Of a stretch of DNA of 64,000 nt, positions 24,395 to 36,216 are shown one piece after another. The stretch covers positions 2,852,001 to 2,916,000 of the forward strand of contig CM039000.1 in assembly GCA_017499595.2 (NCBI GenBank). The letters are read 5' to 3'. Made by a program: the position numbers and the translations under genes. The notes under the pieces are model-generated. The model saw nothing but the letters and a program-made list of their open reading frames with translations. It was not told the DNA's origin and did not search any database. Each line of letters begins with the position of its first letter. Position 1 is the stretch's first letter. Source of the stretch: Psilocybe cubensis (lineage: Eukaryota).

Positions 24395-26784
24395 TTAAGA
24401 GGAAACATCAGCTGCAAACTGCTGTGAAGCCTGTTGGATGATGTTTACTGCTTGGTCGAATCTAAAGTAAAATATTAGGACTGAGATATATGAATGTAAT
24501 TGATTCTCATCCAGACATACCCTTGTCCTTGAATTGAATAACCGTCATCTGGCGAAACACCTGTACCAGTTACGTCTGGGCTGACCGATGTTCCATCGAC
24601 AGTGGGGCTAATAACAGTGCCCACTGCAGTTGTAAGATTACCTTGCGACCACTGATCACGTTGCCATCAACAAGAAAGACAAAATCAAGTGAGAACGGCG
24701 CTGACCTGATACTGAAGCATGCCTTGAAGACCTGCTGCCAATCCAGCTAGATAGAAATGTGTAAGCCCTTTTCAATGAGAATATGAATAGGTTGTACCTT
24801 GTAGCCACTGAGTATAAGCATCATCTCGTTGCTGATCTGTTACTCCAAACGGAGCTTGGGTTTGGTTGTTGACTAAACATGATGTGTTAGCCACAGACTC
24901 TATGCAAGCGAAAGGAGTCAATAACCTGAATCTGGTCCAAATGGTGCTTGTGTTGAATTGAAAGGCACGAAAAAGGGAGCATTTGATTGTGTTACAAGAC
25001 CAAATCCGTTCAAAATCACAGGTTTGTTAAAACTAAAAGCGTCGAATGAGTTCAGAAATGAGCATAGGTATGTTATAAACTCACAGTCTCCCTATATCAG
25101 CGTGAGCGCGAATCCAAGCAAGGCCCTGGTTCACAGTGTTGTTGAACTTGGGGAGACTGGGATCATCCACGCCATACGTGTTCTGGTCTGGGAACAATTG
25201 GAAAGTCGAGAAAGCAATGTTAGAAATACCCAGGATGTCCTCGCTGTCTACTCCTTGTGAACCGTCGAAGGCAGGTCCCACGCCTTGGTCATCCGTAGAT
25301 TGTCGCTTAGTTTCTAAATTAAGTTCAAGTTCAATATAGAACATGTCCAACAACCCATGGAAATCGAAATACCGGTAGACACCCATCGCCCCCTAATACG
25401 AATACCGCCAGCATTTGGTTCAGTTCGCTTCTGCAATGCCATCTTTCTCGACTTCTTGAAAGCCGCCTTTCGGTCTTGTAGAATCTTTTTCTTCGTCAAG
25501 GGTTGAGGAACACCGCGACGACGTTTGCTGTTAGGAGTAGACGAAACCTGAGGCGGAGGAGGTACCACCACAGGCTTGCGAGGGAAGAGCTTGGGGCAAT
25601 CGGCGCAGAAAAACCCTTGGTTTCTGCAAATATATTAGATACATGTTTACAAACGAAGCCAGGAAAGTGCACACCCGGAGGCGACCAAGTGATTGGGGTC
25701 GACACTGGAAATGTGTGCAGCAACGTCAGCATGGAAGGTGGTAACTGTTGTAGTATTGCAAATTTTTGTGGCTGGTAGAGAAGAATTGCATCTATAGCGA
25801 GAGGTAAGTCTACTCTTGTTCGATCCAACGAAGAAAGATGGTTGACCTTGGATCATTCGCGATTTCCCTAACAAGTTATTAGTGTGGTGATATTTAGGGA
25901 TACTGTATCGAACTTACCATCCAAATATCGCAGGGCTATTGACATATCGGGAAACAATTTGGGTCGTATAATTCTTGAAAGCGGCGACAATTGCGGGATT
26001 GAGGTAGAATTCGTCGTGATTCGTTCCATTACCGAATTGCCGAACATAAACGTCCATACCACCTATTTTAAATTTAGTAAAGAGAAGTTCCCAGTATGAT
26101 GAATTATAATGCTGCGTGTACCGTAGTCATTACTGAGCGTATTGCGTGGTAGAGTGTTATTCGTCCCATTGGTCACATCTCGAGCGCTAATGGAAAGTCC
26201 GGCAGTGGGGTTATCCAATAGAGGTCGAGGGTTCCAATTATTCGTCAGTGAGAGGTGCAAAAATAAGCCATGCTTCTCAGCAAGTCGAACAACGGTGTCC
26301 AGTTTTTGCAAACCATTGGTTCCGTTGTTAATAGTCGTAGTACCGTTAGAGATTAACTGAAACCATGTTCCGTTAACGGGTATAGTCTCGACATCTGATA
26401 ATGATCGGTCATAGTATCAAAGAAGTTATTAGAAAGGATTGCATGAAATCTCACCATTGAAAGCCCAGGTCCTGACAATCTTAACACCCGCTGCTGACAT
26501 GTTTCCTAGCGTAAAATCAATGTCATCATCCGAATTGAGAGCCGCGAGCCAGTAAGCATTCGTTCCAACAAAATCGAGTTTCCTTATTCATGAAAATTTT
26601 AAACTTTTACCGAGTTTGAAAAAGCGCCCGGTACTTACTTTCCCTTGAACATGAAATTGCCATTTTGCGTCGTTACAAACTGGGGGAGGTCGCTGTCTTG
26701 TCTTTTACTCAGAGTGCGCGTAGGGGCTTGGGCGGACACGAGTAGGGCACTTAGGGTGACCTTCCACAGCAAAGGGAGGTACAT
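24395..26784 (-). CDS. Secreted GH5 (mannanase/GH5_7-like) protein lacking the canonical catalytic glutamates
   Basis: Signal peptide MYLPLLWKVTLSALLVSAQA and GH5 motifs FVGTNAYWL, VRTWAFN, LTNNW, GGMDVY and DPNHLV. The acid/base site reads WEIANDPR and the nucleophile site reads KPVILNGFG. Stop TAA at 24395. Confidence 0.85.
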
Positions 26785-27313
26785 GTTGACTAGGGTCAAG
26801 TGCGGGGACAAAGCGCGAGTCGGAAGGTATCAGGACGGGCGTCGTATTATAAGAGGCCGGCCATTTCGCCATATTTGTTCTCAGGGCTTGGCGATACCTG
26901 CTCTACATAATCGTAGGGGCAATAGAGCCGAAAATGACCATCAAAACAAGCAGTGAAGACGGCGACGGCATGTGGACCTGACACACAAACCGCTCTTCCG
27001 ATAAAGATCACATCTTTGAATCAATCCACATTCAGGAGTGCACACCGCCGGACGCGGAGAAGCTGAAAATACATCTCTAGATATCCTGAATATCCCATGC
27101 TATAATGAAATAGCACAAGAAATGTTGATGGGAGGAGCAACTTTCTCGCCGAATTCAAAATAGCGAGGGAAAATGACAATTGATCATCGCGTCCAGACTC
27201 ACATCTGAACACGAATTTCTAATTTTGGCATATTGACGCTCGTGATGCAGCGTGCTATGACTTCAGTGACGCTGTGACCAATCTGCGTCCCACCCCAGTG
27301 CCTGACACCCTTC

Positions 27314-28837
27314 ATGTTCAGAACTGCATCCCGAGTCATATTTACTCGCCATCCTTATGCTAGAAGATTCTCTCCCACTCTTCTTGGTGTCGCGAATCTC
27401 AGTCAGACTACGACGAAATCCCTGCTAGAGACCTCCACAAAAAACACAGTTCAACGCATTGGTAGACATGTTCTCCGATTCACACTCTTTGCATTTGCCT
27501 CCATTGTCATTGTATATGAAGGCGCACATCTCTACGTGGAGCGTGTACAAATGGCACCAGAAACTGATCCTGAGGTTAAGAAATGGGAATGGGATCTCAT
27601 CAACAGCGATTGGACAGGCGACCTTATCAAAGGAGGTACATGCCCAACGCTAGGTTTCAAAGCGCGTCATATCATTCGTGCCGCCTTTTCAACATACCAC
27701 AATGATGTACAGGATTCCACGGTAGTGGTGGAAGAAGAAAACTCTGAGGAACATGATCAATCGCCAGGACTTACTCATGTTGTCGATGCTCGGCTATACG
27801 AGACAGAAAGGCATCTCAATAATGCCATTTCCCTGATTGAGGGAAACCTGGCCAATGATGATCACTCCTCCCATGCATTTTGTATGCTTCTTATCCGCCA
27901 TGCTGACGTGTTGGAGCAACTGGGACATCGCATGCACCTCATGCTAGCGAAGGATGACTACCAGCGCGCCTGGCAGCATTGCAAAACTCCACAATATCGA
28001 GAGTTTATAGCATACAAACTTGGCGATCTGAACAGCCGACTTGGAAGGTCGACCGAAGCAATGAAATGGTGGAACATCTCCACTCAGCTTATTCAAGAAA
28101 GGAATCACGAATCCGTGGGTGTATCCACTGGCTATCAATCGATTCCACATTCGCCATTGGCTCAGCGTATCCTGGCTTCTATCCTTGTGTCAAAATCTGC
28201 ATATTTAGCTGCGTCTGGGAATATCGTTGAGGCACAGACCATAGAAGAGTCTGCCCTCAATTTCCTCCGCTCCATCCGCCATCCTGATTCAATAGCTACC
28301 ACTTCCCCTCCTCAAGCTCTCCATGCAGCGTATCTGCTCCAGCGCTCCTCTCTCCTGTTCGTTCACCAAGCAGAAGTTTTTCATGCCCAACGTCAACCTG
28401 TGAATGTCTCTATCCAATGGCTCGCGTCCGCCGCCGAATCGTCGGAACGCGTCGCAGATATCCTCACGGGTGCTAAATTTGAACCTAAATCAAAATCTGA
28501 CAGATCCAGCCCTTTAACTCGTCCCAAAACTTCAGTAGAACTTCTTTCCGTATATGCAAGCTCGCCTTCCATGAATGGCCCAGCTAAAGCATTGCTGCGA
28601 GATGCGCGTCGCACTGCTGCCGAAGCGTGGAATATGATGGGTATACTACACGAACAGCGAGATGGTAGAGGATCTCGTTCGGCCCTCGAATGCTTCGAGC
28701 GTGCGTTATCCTGGGCAGGGACTGTTGAAGATGATAACAAGAGCTTAGGGCCAGCTAAGGATACTTTGCATTCAGATTGGCATATTTATTGGTCTAACTA
28801 TCAACGCGCTAAGAACATTCAGGCAAGTTCTAATTGA
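27314..28837 (+). CDS. Intronless 507-aa putative mitochondrial membrane protein with TPR-like helices
   Basis: Single long ORF with an R/S/T-rich, acid-poor N-terminus, a hydrophobic segment (FTLFAFASIVIVY) and TPR-like motifs (AYKLGDL..RLG..EAMKWW; AEAWNMMGILHE...ALECFERAL). Confidence 0.75.
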   Translation: MFRTASRVIFTRHPYARRFSPTLLGVANLSQTTTKSLLETSTKNTVQRIGRHVLRFTLFAFASIVIVYEGAHLYVERVQMAPETDPEVKKWEWDLINSDWTGDLIKGGTCPTLGFKARHIIRAAFSTYHNDVQDSTVVVEEENSEEHDQSPGLTHVVDARLYETERHLNNAISLIEGNLANDDHSSHAFCMLLIRHADVLEQLGHRMHLMLAKDDYQRAWQHCKTPQYREFIAYKLGDLNSRLGRSTEAMKWWNISTQLIQERNHESVGVSTGYQSIPHSPLAQRILASILVSKSAYLAASGNIVEAQTIEESALNFLRSIRHPDSIATTSPPQALHAAYLLQRSSLLFVHQAEVFHAQRQPVNVSIQWLASAAESSERVADILTGAKFEPKSKSDRSSPLTRPKTSVELLSVYASSPSMNGPAKALLRDARRTAAEAWNMMGILHEQRDGRGSRSALECFERALSWAGTVEDDNKSLGPAKDTLHSDWHIYWSNYQRAKNIQASSN

Positions 28838-29356
28838 AAATGAACTGCGCAGCATTCTTTTCAAATCACTATCCGATGCGGTTAGACTCTCTTGCCAGTT
28901 TTTACAAAGCCACCGAAGCGCCCATGGCACTATTATTTTGCGACACCTGGTTTCAAAGCACTTGGATACCAAAAGATGCCCTAGCGGTGACCTTCAATTG
29001 CATGTAAAAACTTGCGCAACATCTCCGCTCCAGAATTTAGGAAACCTACCGAGCTCATTAGGATGTTGGAGGCAAATAGGAGTATGTCTTTTTAGGAGGG
29101 AAGTTGAATGGTTAAGGATATATATTTTTTTCTATATGTACATAGTGTATACTTAGGAGTAGGTGCATGTACAGTACTGATGGAACATTGTTTCATTTTT
29201 TCTATATATGACCTGAAATGGTTAGAATTTGTCGACAATAATTAATGTCGAGAGAACTTTCCATGCGGTTAACAGAACATAGAACGCGCAACACATGATT
29301 TCGCGACTGAGCTGCTTTTGGAAATCGTTTCCTCTGACTTGTTTAGTGTAGCTCGG

Positions 29357-32300
29357 ATGCTTCGAGCCGGCTTGACCGTTCGAATCTGGCAATATCCCAA
29401 GTGCAGAGCAGCTATCTTCCGACGTGATCAGCCCCATCCACTTAATCTTAAGCAACATATCAGTGATATCACAAAGTCCACGCAAACCAACAACACTATT
29501 AGAACTATGGCCAGTGCCGCTGCAATAAGTGCCGAGCGATTTCTCGCAGATCGGACAGCTCCTGTTTGTAGCCTTGAGATTGGCAAGTCTTTCTCGCAAC
29601 TAAGGTTCGTCTTCATTGACTATCATTTGCAGACATTGTCGTCAACCATGACACAACCACAACAGTGAAAGAGAAAAGAAATATGCTCACTTCATTGGAT
29701 TGGCATCTTGGGCGGGGGCCCGCATTATCCAAGGTAAATCTACTAGCTTACACTTCTACACCACAAAAGTTTCTAATGCGAGGACAGGCCAATGGACACC
29801 TCAGGCACAAGACCTCTACGATCTGTTGATCACCATCTTTAGTGGAGAAAATGGATCTTTAGCAAATGTGGATGCGTTGCAGAAGAAGTCAGGCTTATCT
29901 ACAACCGAGTGGGAGGATTTACTTCAATATACGTCACAGGTGGGCCTCTATGGTCTGCACAACAATGCATCTCATATATTAACAGACGTACCACAGGTTT
30001 TGAGCAACTTAGTGAATTTTAAGACCTTTGGCTTCACCAAAATTGTACCTCGTCTTCCTTCGGATAAATTTGAAGCTGTGGTGGTCAACTCTTTTAACGT
30101 CGATAGGGCTTTGCCTCTATGGAAAAATGTATCTAAAACCATTCTTTCATCTTGCATTTACAGCCTATTGATTAGTTTGGCCTCTGCCTTTAGCTAAAGG
30201 ATCACATCTACGCTACTAGCCCTGAATCAACTCTGTTCATTGGCAAACGTCAGCTCGGTCACATCTCAAATTACTACCTCGGTGAAGTTATCAATGACGA
30301 GGAAGTGGCTGCCGTACAGGCTGCAGCAGAAAAAATTGGGGTGGATGTCTTAAACACCAGGTAGTTGTCCCATTTTAAGTTATAGCTGAAGGGTATAATC
30401 TGACAACATCTGTGAAGAGTTGTAAAGAATGCCCCCAACGACTTCACTCTTCTAGTTGCTTCGGCTCAGACTCAACCACCCTCTCTTCATGACATCGAGT
30501 CTAACAACGGTAAAGCTTCGCTCAAAGTTGAATATGGCGACTTCGCTGCCGACCTTTCTAAAGTCGTGGACGCCTTGAAGGAGGTTCATTGCTTCTTTTC
30601 AAGTTGAAACAACATAGAGTCTGACTGATTTACAGGCTAAAAAATATACTGCGAACGAGAACCAAACCAACATGATTGAAGCGTATATCAAATCGTAAGC
30701 AGTTAGGTCACTAATTGCATCAAGGCAAACCCAACTCAACCTTCTTTCTCAAGTTTCGAAACCGGTTCTATTCAAGACCACAAGGACGGGTCTAAATGGT
30801 GGGTTAAAGATGTCGGACCAGTGGTTGAGTCTTATATCGGTGTAAGTGCACTCATTCCATGACATCTCAGGGAGGCTGAAGCAGTTTCCAGTTTATCGAG
30901 ACCTATGTTGATCCATATGGCGGACGTGCAGAATGGGAAGGTGACTTTGGAATCTTTTATTCTATGGAAATTTACTTAACCTATTGTCAGGGTTCACCGC
31001 GATCGTAAATAAGCAGTTGAGCGCGAAATATGAGACTTTGGTCAATGATGCGCCCAATCTCATTAAAGTACTTCCATGGGGAAAAGATTTCGAGGTGGAT
31101 GTTTTCCGGAAGCCTGACTTCACTGCATTGGAAGTTGTTTCGTTCGCGACCGGAGGTGTGTGCAATATTTATGCTGTTTATTGGGTAGAAGGTGATGTTT
31201 ACTTCGACGTCATTAGGAATTCCGGCTGGAATTAACGTAAGTATTTTTCAGAGTAACCATCCGATAAAGCTCGTTGACATACAATGCCAACCTTAGATTC
31301 CTGTGAGATAGTTATTTGCGTAGCCTTGTATTCAGGGCTCATGCTGCTTTTAGAATTATTACGATATTAGGGAATCGACTGGGTTCAAGAACGTTTCCTT
31401 GGCGGTAAGTTTCCTAACTTTGATGCCCGTGGAACGGTGGAATAACAATATCATGATATGGATATCAGAACATCTTAGCTGCCAAAGCACCAAGTATGTC
31501 GCGCTTTTCATTACACGTATAAACGATGGCGTTAATAATACTTGTATAGATGAAGAACTGACTTTTATCCATCCCGACGACGTCGCACTTTACAATGCAT
31601 GGGATAACAGGGCTTTTGAGCTCCAGGTCGCTAACCATGAGTTGCTTGGCCATGGTTCAGGCAAACTGTTTGAAGAAGATGCTAACGGGAAGAAGAATTT
31701 CGATGTAGACAAGGTGAGTTGTGGGCGAATTGCCAAACATCAACGCGCAATTGATACTATGTATATTGATGCCTTCTTTTGTCGTTGTGTGTCTAGGTCA
31801 TTAACCCACTCACCGGAGGAAAGATGTAAGCAATGTTCTTCTAACAATATCTTACCGAACCAATTTGTTTGCAGTACTTCGTGGTACAAACCAGGCCAAA
31901 CCCCAGGTTCGGTGCTAGGCGAGGTTTCGTCGTCAATGGAGGAGTGCCGTGCAGAGACTGTTGCGCTGTATCGTAAGTCGCAGTTCATATAATGCCTCAT
32001 GTCGTGCGCTTGAACCGGCGTTTTGCTTTCCAGTCGTCAGCAACCCTGATATCCTAAGGATCTTTAACGTCAGTTACAATTATCCTCACTGCTGCTTTTG
32101 GCTCCCAAATATGTCACGAGCAAAAAAGAGCTGAACCTTTTCATTCTTACTCATATTTAATAGTATGTCGACGAAAAGGAGATAGAAGAGATCCAGTACA
32201 TTACCTTCTTGCTTATGGCACGAGCCGGTTTAAGGGCCCTGGAGTTTTACGACCCTGCAACTCAGAAACATGGACAGGCGCACATGCAAGCCCGGTACGT

Positions 32301-32957
32301 ACGCCGTTCGTCGGTGCCGTATTGTCTCGTTGATATGATTTACTAAAACATGGCTCTAGGCTCGGAATCACTCAACACCTCATCCACTCAGGGATTGCTC
32401 GATTGGAGGAAGTCAGGGACGCAGATGGCACCTTACAGAACCTTTACGTCAGGGTAAGCCTGTTATCTCTCAAAGATTATAAGCGGAGTTTGAGACGTTA
32501 TGACACAATTTCCGTCCTCGCTTGTCCAGGTCGACCGCGGGCTTGTGCTGTCAAAGGGTAGAGAAGCGGCTGGCAAGCTTCTTGTTGAACTCCAGGTGCG
32601 CAAGAGCACGGCAGATGCTGCTGGGGCGCGCGAGTTCTACACGAACCTCACCAAGCCGCTGCCGGGCTGGGATGGCGAGATCAGAGATATGGTGCTTCGC
32701 AAGAAACTGGTGCGGAATTTCTCTCTTTTCATTTGCGAGCTTTTTTATTTTTTTTGCTAATTTAAATCCACTCTTTCTGCTTAACTCTCCCCCACTGCCA
32801 TCCGATGACATGTGTTGTACGTTTGATTTGCTTTTTTTAGCCCCGCAAAATATTTGTCCAGCCGAATACTTTCATCGAGAACGACGCTGTCGTGCTGAAA
32901 GAATACCCCAGCACCCCGGTCGGAGTTATCCAGAGCTTCATTGAAAGGAAATTATAA
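29357..32957 (+). CDS. DPP3: Dipeptidyl peptidase III (peptidase M49); alternative in-frame ATG at 29507
   Basis: HELLGH zinc motif, EECRAE, GFIETY, EWEGF, GINIPNY, GFKNVSL and HGQAHMQAR. Stop TAA at 32957. Confidence 0.95.
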
Positions 32958-33520
32958 ACGATCGCACTTTTTTGGTACCACATTTCAAGAATTTCAACTA
33001 AACAATCAAACAGAGAATGACGGCACCATGGAGGATTTTTTTGGTTGCTTGTAAAAGCCGAGAATTGGAATTGCACGGGTCTGTCTATAAGCCAAAATAT
33101 GCAATGCACAATACAAATTGAAGTGTTCTATGGGTGGTGGTGATAAAAAGCAAGACGAATGAACGATGAACGCGAAGCATTGATATGATGAAACATAAAC
33201 AGATGTAGATTATGGGTCCGAGTAGCCATTAGGTTATTGAGGAGGAAGAACCAACGAAAGGGAAAAAAATGTAAGGAGCATCATCTTCTGTCGGTGCTGA
33301 ATATCGAATCTTGATGTGATGAGATGCGAGGAACCTCCTGAATGCAAGTGTGTATCACGGGGGTTATTAGACTGTAAAATAGTCCAAAGAATCAAACTTC
33401 GAAGACGGTGGGGTGGGTAGGGCGGAGCGGTTGTGGAATATTTAGTAAGGTTCATAAATACTTTTAAAGCAATCGATCTCGCGCAAAAGAGCGCAATGGC
33501 GAAGGAGGAATCATATCATA

Positions 33521-36045
33521 TCATGATGTCTCGCGGATGAGCGCAACGATGACCGTAACACTATAATTAGAGAAAAAAAAAGGACATCATCAAGTCAATT
33601 GAATTCAATCAAAAATAGAGTAGGGAGACACGGTACGCACTCATCAGGTTTCTAGTCGATGTCGAAGTTGATATAAACAGGATACAATTGACAAATCCAC
33701 GGCAGGAAAAGATGGGACAGAGCAAGACATGGCGGGACATGATGAGAAGGAAAGGAAACGTGTTATAGTCAATAAATAGCTCTTCACAAATGACGGACTG
33801 TGGAAAAAAAGGAATTAAGGGAGAGGGGCACTTACCCCTCCACGGAAATACTGCCCCACTCTTGAGGCTTCCCCTGAACAGTTTGGGAGAAAAATACATC
33901 AGTCAGAAGAATTGTTCTTGTGAAGATAGCGTGGACACAAAATTAAAAGAAAATAAATAGCTGGACCCTGTCCCACCCCTGCCATGCCCGTTCACATTGA
34001 ACCAGCAGCATGACCAATTATCATATCATACGATATGTAAATGGTCACAATGAAGGGAAAGTGGAACAGATTTAAATCGCCAGTGATAGCAATAGAGGAG
34101 GCGGAGTCAATTGCACCGGGAGGAAAAGAAAAGAGAAGCAACTTCTGAGAGCAATGGAGAAAAGAAAGTGGGGGGAAAGACAAGGCACCAACGTACTTTC
34201 AAAGGGGCTGACCCTCAGCTTGCTCTTCATACACTGCCGCGAGTACTCAACCAAACGATCCGCCATCGCTTGCACTTGCTCTTCCTCAGTGCCACCTGCA
34301 CGAGCCACCAGGGAACAGATAGTGACCATCTCGGACGGAAACACGTTATCTGAGAAGCCATCCGTCTGTTGCGGTCGCCACATGATGGATCCGATTTCGT
34401 AGGATAACAGTGGGGAGATTAAGAAGATTGGGTTGGAGATGCCAGTCAGTAAGAACAGGAACCCAAAATGTTGGATAGTAATATCGGAGAACGCACATAG
34501 GCCACGACAATGTCCCCATCCCTTAGCTTGGTTTCGTATGTATCTGCCTCGTTGGGTGAGTCCACACATGCCCGCGAGAATTTGCGTCCGTTATTTGTGG
34601 GTAGCTTGGTCAGTTGCCTGTCAAAACAAAGCATTGTCGCGAGTTAGCGTTGTCAATTTATTTTCGAGCACTTGCAGCACAAGTTTACTGACTTTGGACA
34701 GTTGAAGAAATGCGTCTGGGAGCGTTGTCGATACACTATCTGTGTGTTACGAAGTATTGAGTATCCACTGTCACCAAGACTGTAATTTTCATCAATTTAA
34801 TCGTTGAATTGCGGAAAAAGATGAAGAAAAAACAACGTACTTTGCTGATCGCAGGACACCAGAAGACGCGTTTAGACTGATAATACACGCCGTACTTGAA
34901 CCTACATCCAAAAAAGCGAGAAACACACATCGACACCCCACAGCATATGAACCAAAACATAATTACGCACCAGCCAAAACAAACTTTTCCCTCAACACGC
35001 CGCCGTACGCCAAGTCAAGACACTCGTACGGTGTCATCTCCCAGCCTTCAACCTGCTCCCGCTCCTCATAGTCCATCGTCGGGTCGATCTCAGGCTCGCC
35101 GGCCCACGCATTCCGCGAATACCTGTGGGCGTGGTACATGAGGGCCTGCGAGAACAGCGCGGGGTCGACGCCGCTGTCGATCCATCCGCCTACGCCATCC
35201 GCCACGCCGAATGATACACCCTCCAAAACCAACATAATGACGCGTTAATTGATTGAAATTTTTGCGATTGAAATGAAGGAAAGGAGGGGGAGGGGGAGTG
35301 TTATTGATAGATACTTACTGATCGGTTCCGCATCTGCAAAATGAGGAAAATACGCGTTAGTACGTGAGCTTTCAGAGGTGATAGGAGGGGAAGCGCAGGG
35401 TAGATTGGTACAACTATGGTAATTCATTCTTGAATGCAAGTGTAGTATAAAGATCCGCCTCAACAGCTACGATATGAATAGCCACAAAGCCACAAACAAG
35501 CGCGCGCATCAAGTTTTTGCACCCAAAGAAGCGCGCGAACAAAGAAACCAGGAATCGTTTTCCACGGCGAGCAATTTACAGAACCAATAACAAGACTAAC
35601 GCACCTCCTGCACGAAAAAGAAATCCTCTCCCGCATCTAGAGTCTGCCCACCCCTAGAGCGCATAAGGGTATTGTCTCGCCACGCGCCAATGAGCGTGTC
35701 GGGTGGAAAAGGGACCTTCTTCATCCCGCGCGGGTCCTCGGGTTTGCCTGCCCAGCTGGCGCCGATATGGAATGTATATGGGCGGACTGGGACGGTACCT
35801 CTGCCGTTTCCGCGCGCAAACAAGATGTTTGAATCATCAGTACTGGTCGCCGATGACGAAGAGGAGGCAGATGAAGAGGAAGAAGAGGGAGAGTTGGTGT
35901 TGACCGCTGCGTTGAGCCTGGCAAAGAAGCGGTTCCGGAGGGCGGGTGTTGGACGTGCTTTGCGGGAGATGTGGCGAGCGAGGGCGGGGGTATAGCACTT
36001 GAGCAGCGAAGAGATAGACGAACTGGTGGGCCTGGACAGCGACAT
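33521..36045 (-). CDS. PTC7: PP2C-family phosphatase, PTC7/PPTC7-like, with mitochondrial-type presequence
   Basis: DAGEDFFF, GVADGVGGW, GSSTAC, DAPNFFNCPKQL, TDGFSDNV, SPFE and GGKPDDVTV across exons. ATG 36045, TGA 33521. Confidence 0.9.
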
Positions 36046-36216
36046 TGGGAGGAGTGTAGTGGTAGCTGACTGAGCCAGGGTATGCAGCCAACTCGGAGCA
36101 CAGCAGCAACCCAAATTTCATCACTAACCTCATACCACGTGATCATCCACGGGAGGAAGGGATTTATTTATATAGCCTCGATAGAAATACAGCAATAAAT
36201 CTACAATACATACAGC

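Noticed and set aside
24395-26784. GH5-like gene as a pseudogene
   Set aside because: No frameshifts or premature stops after splicing; splice sites and signal peptide are intact.
32946-32957. DPP3 C-terminal RKL as a PTS1
   Set aside because: Arg at position -3 is non-canonical, and the ending looks like the ordinary family terminus.
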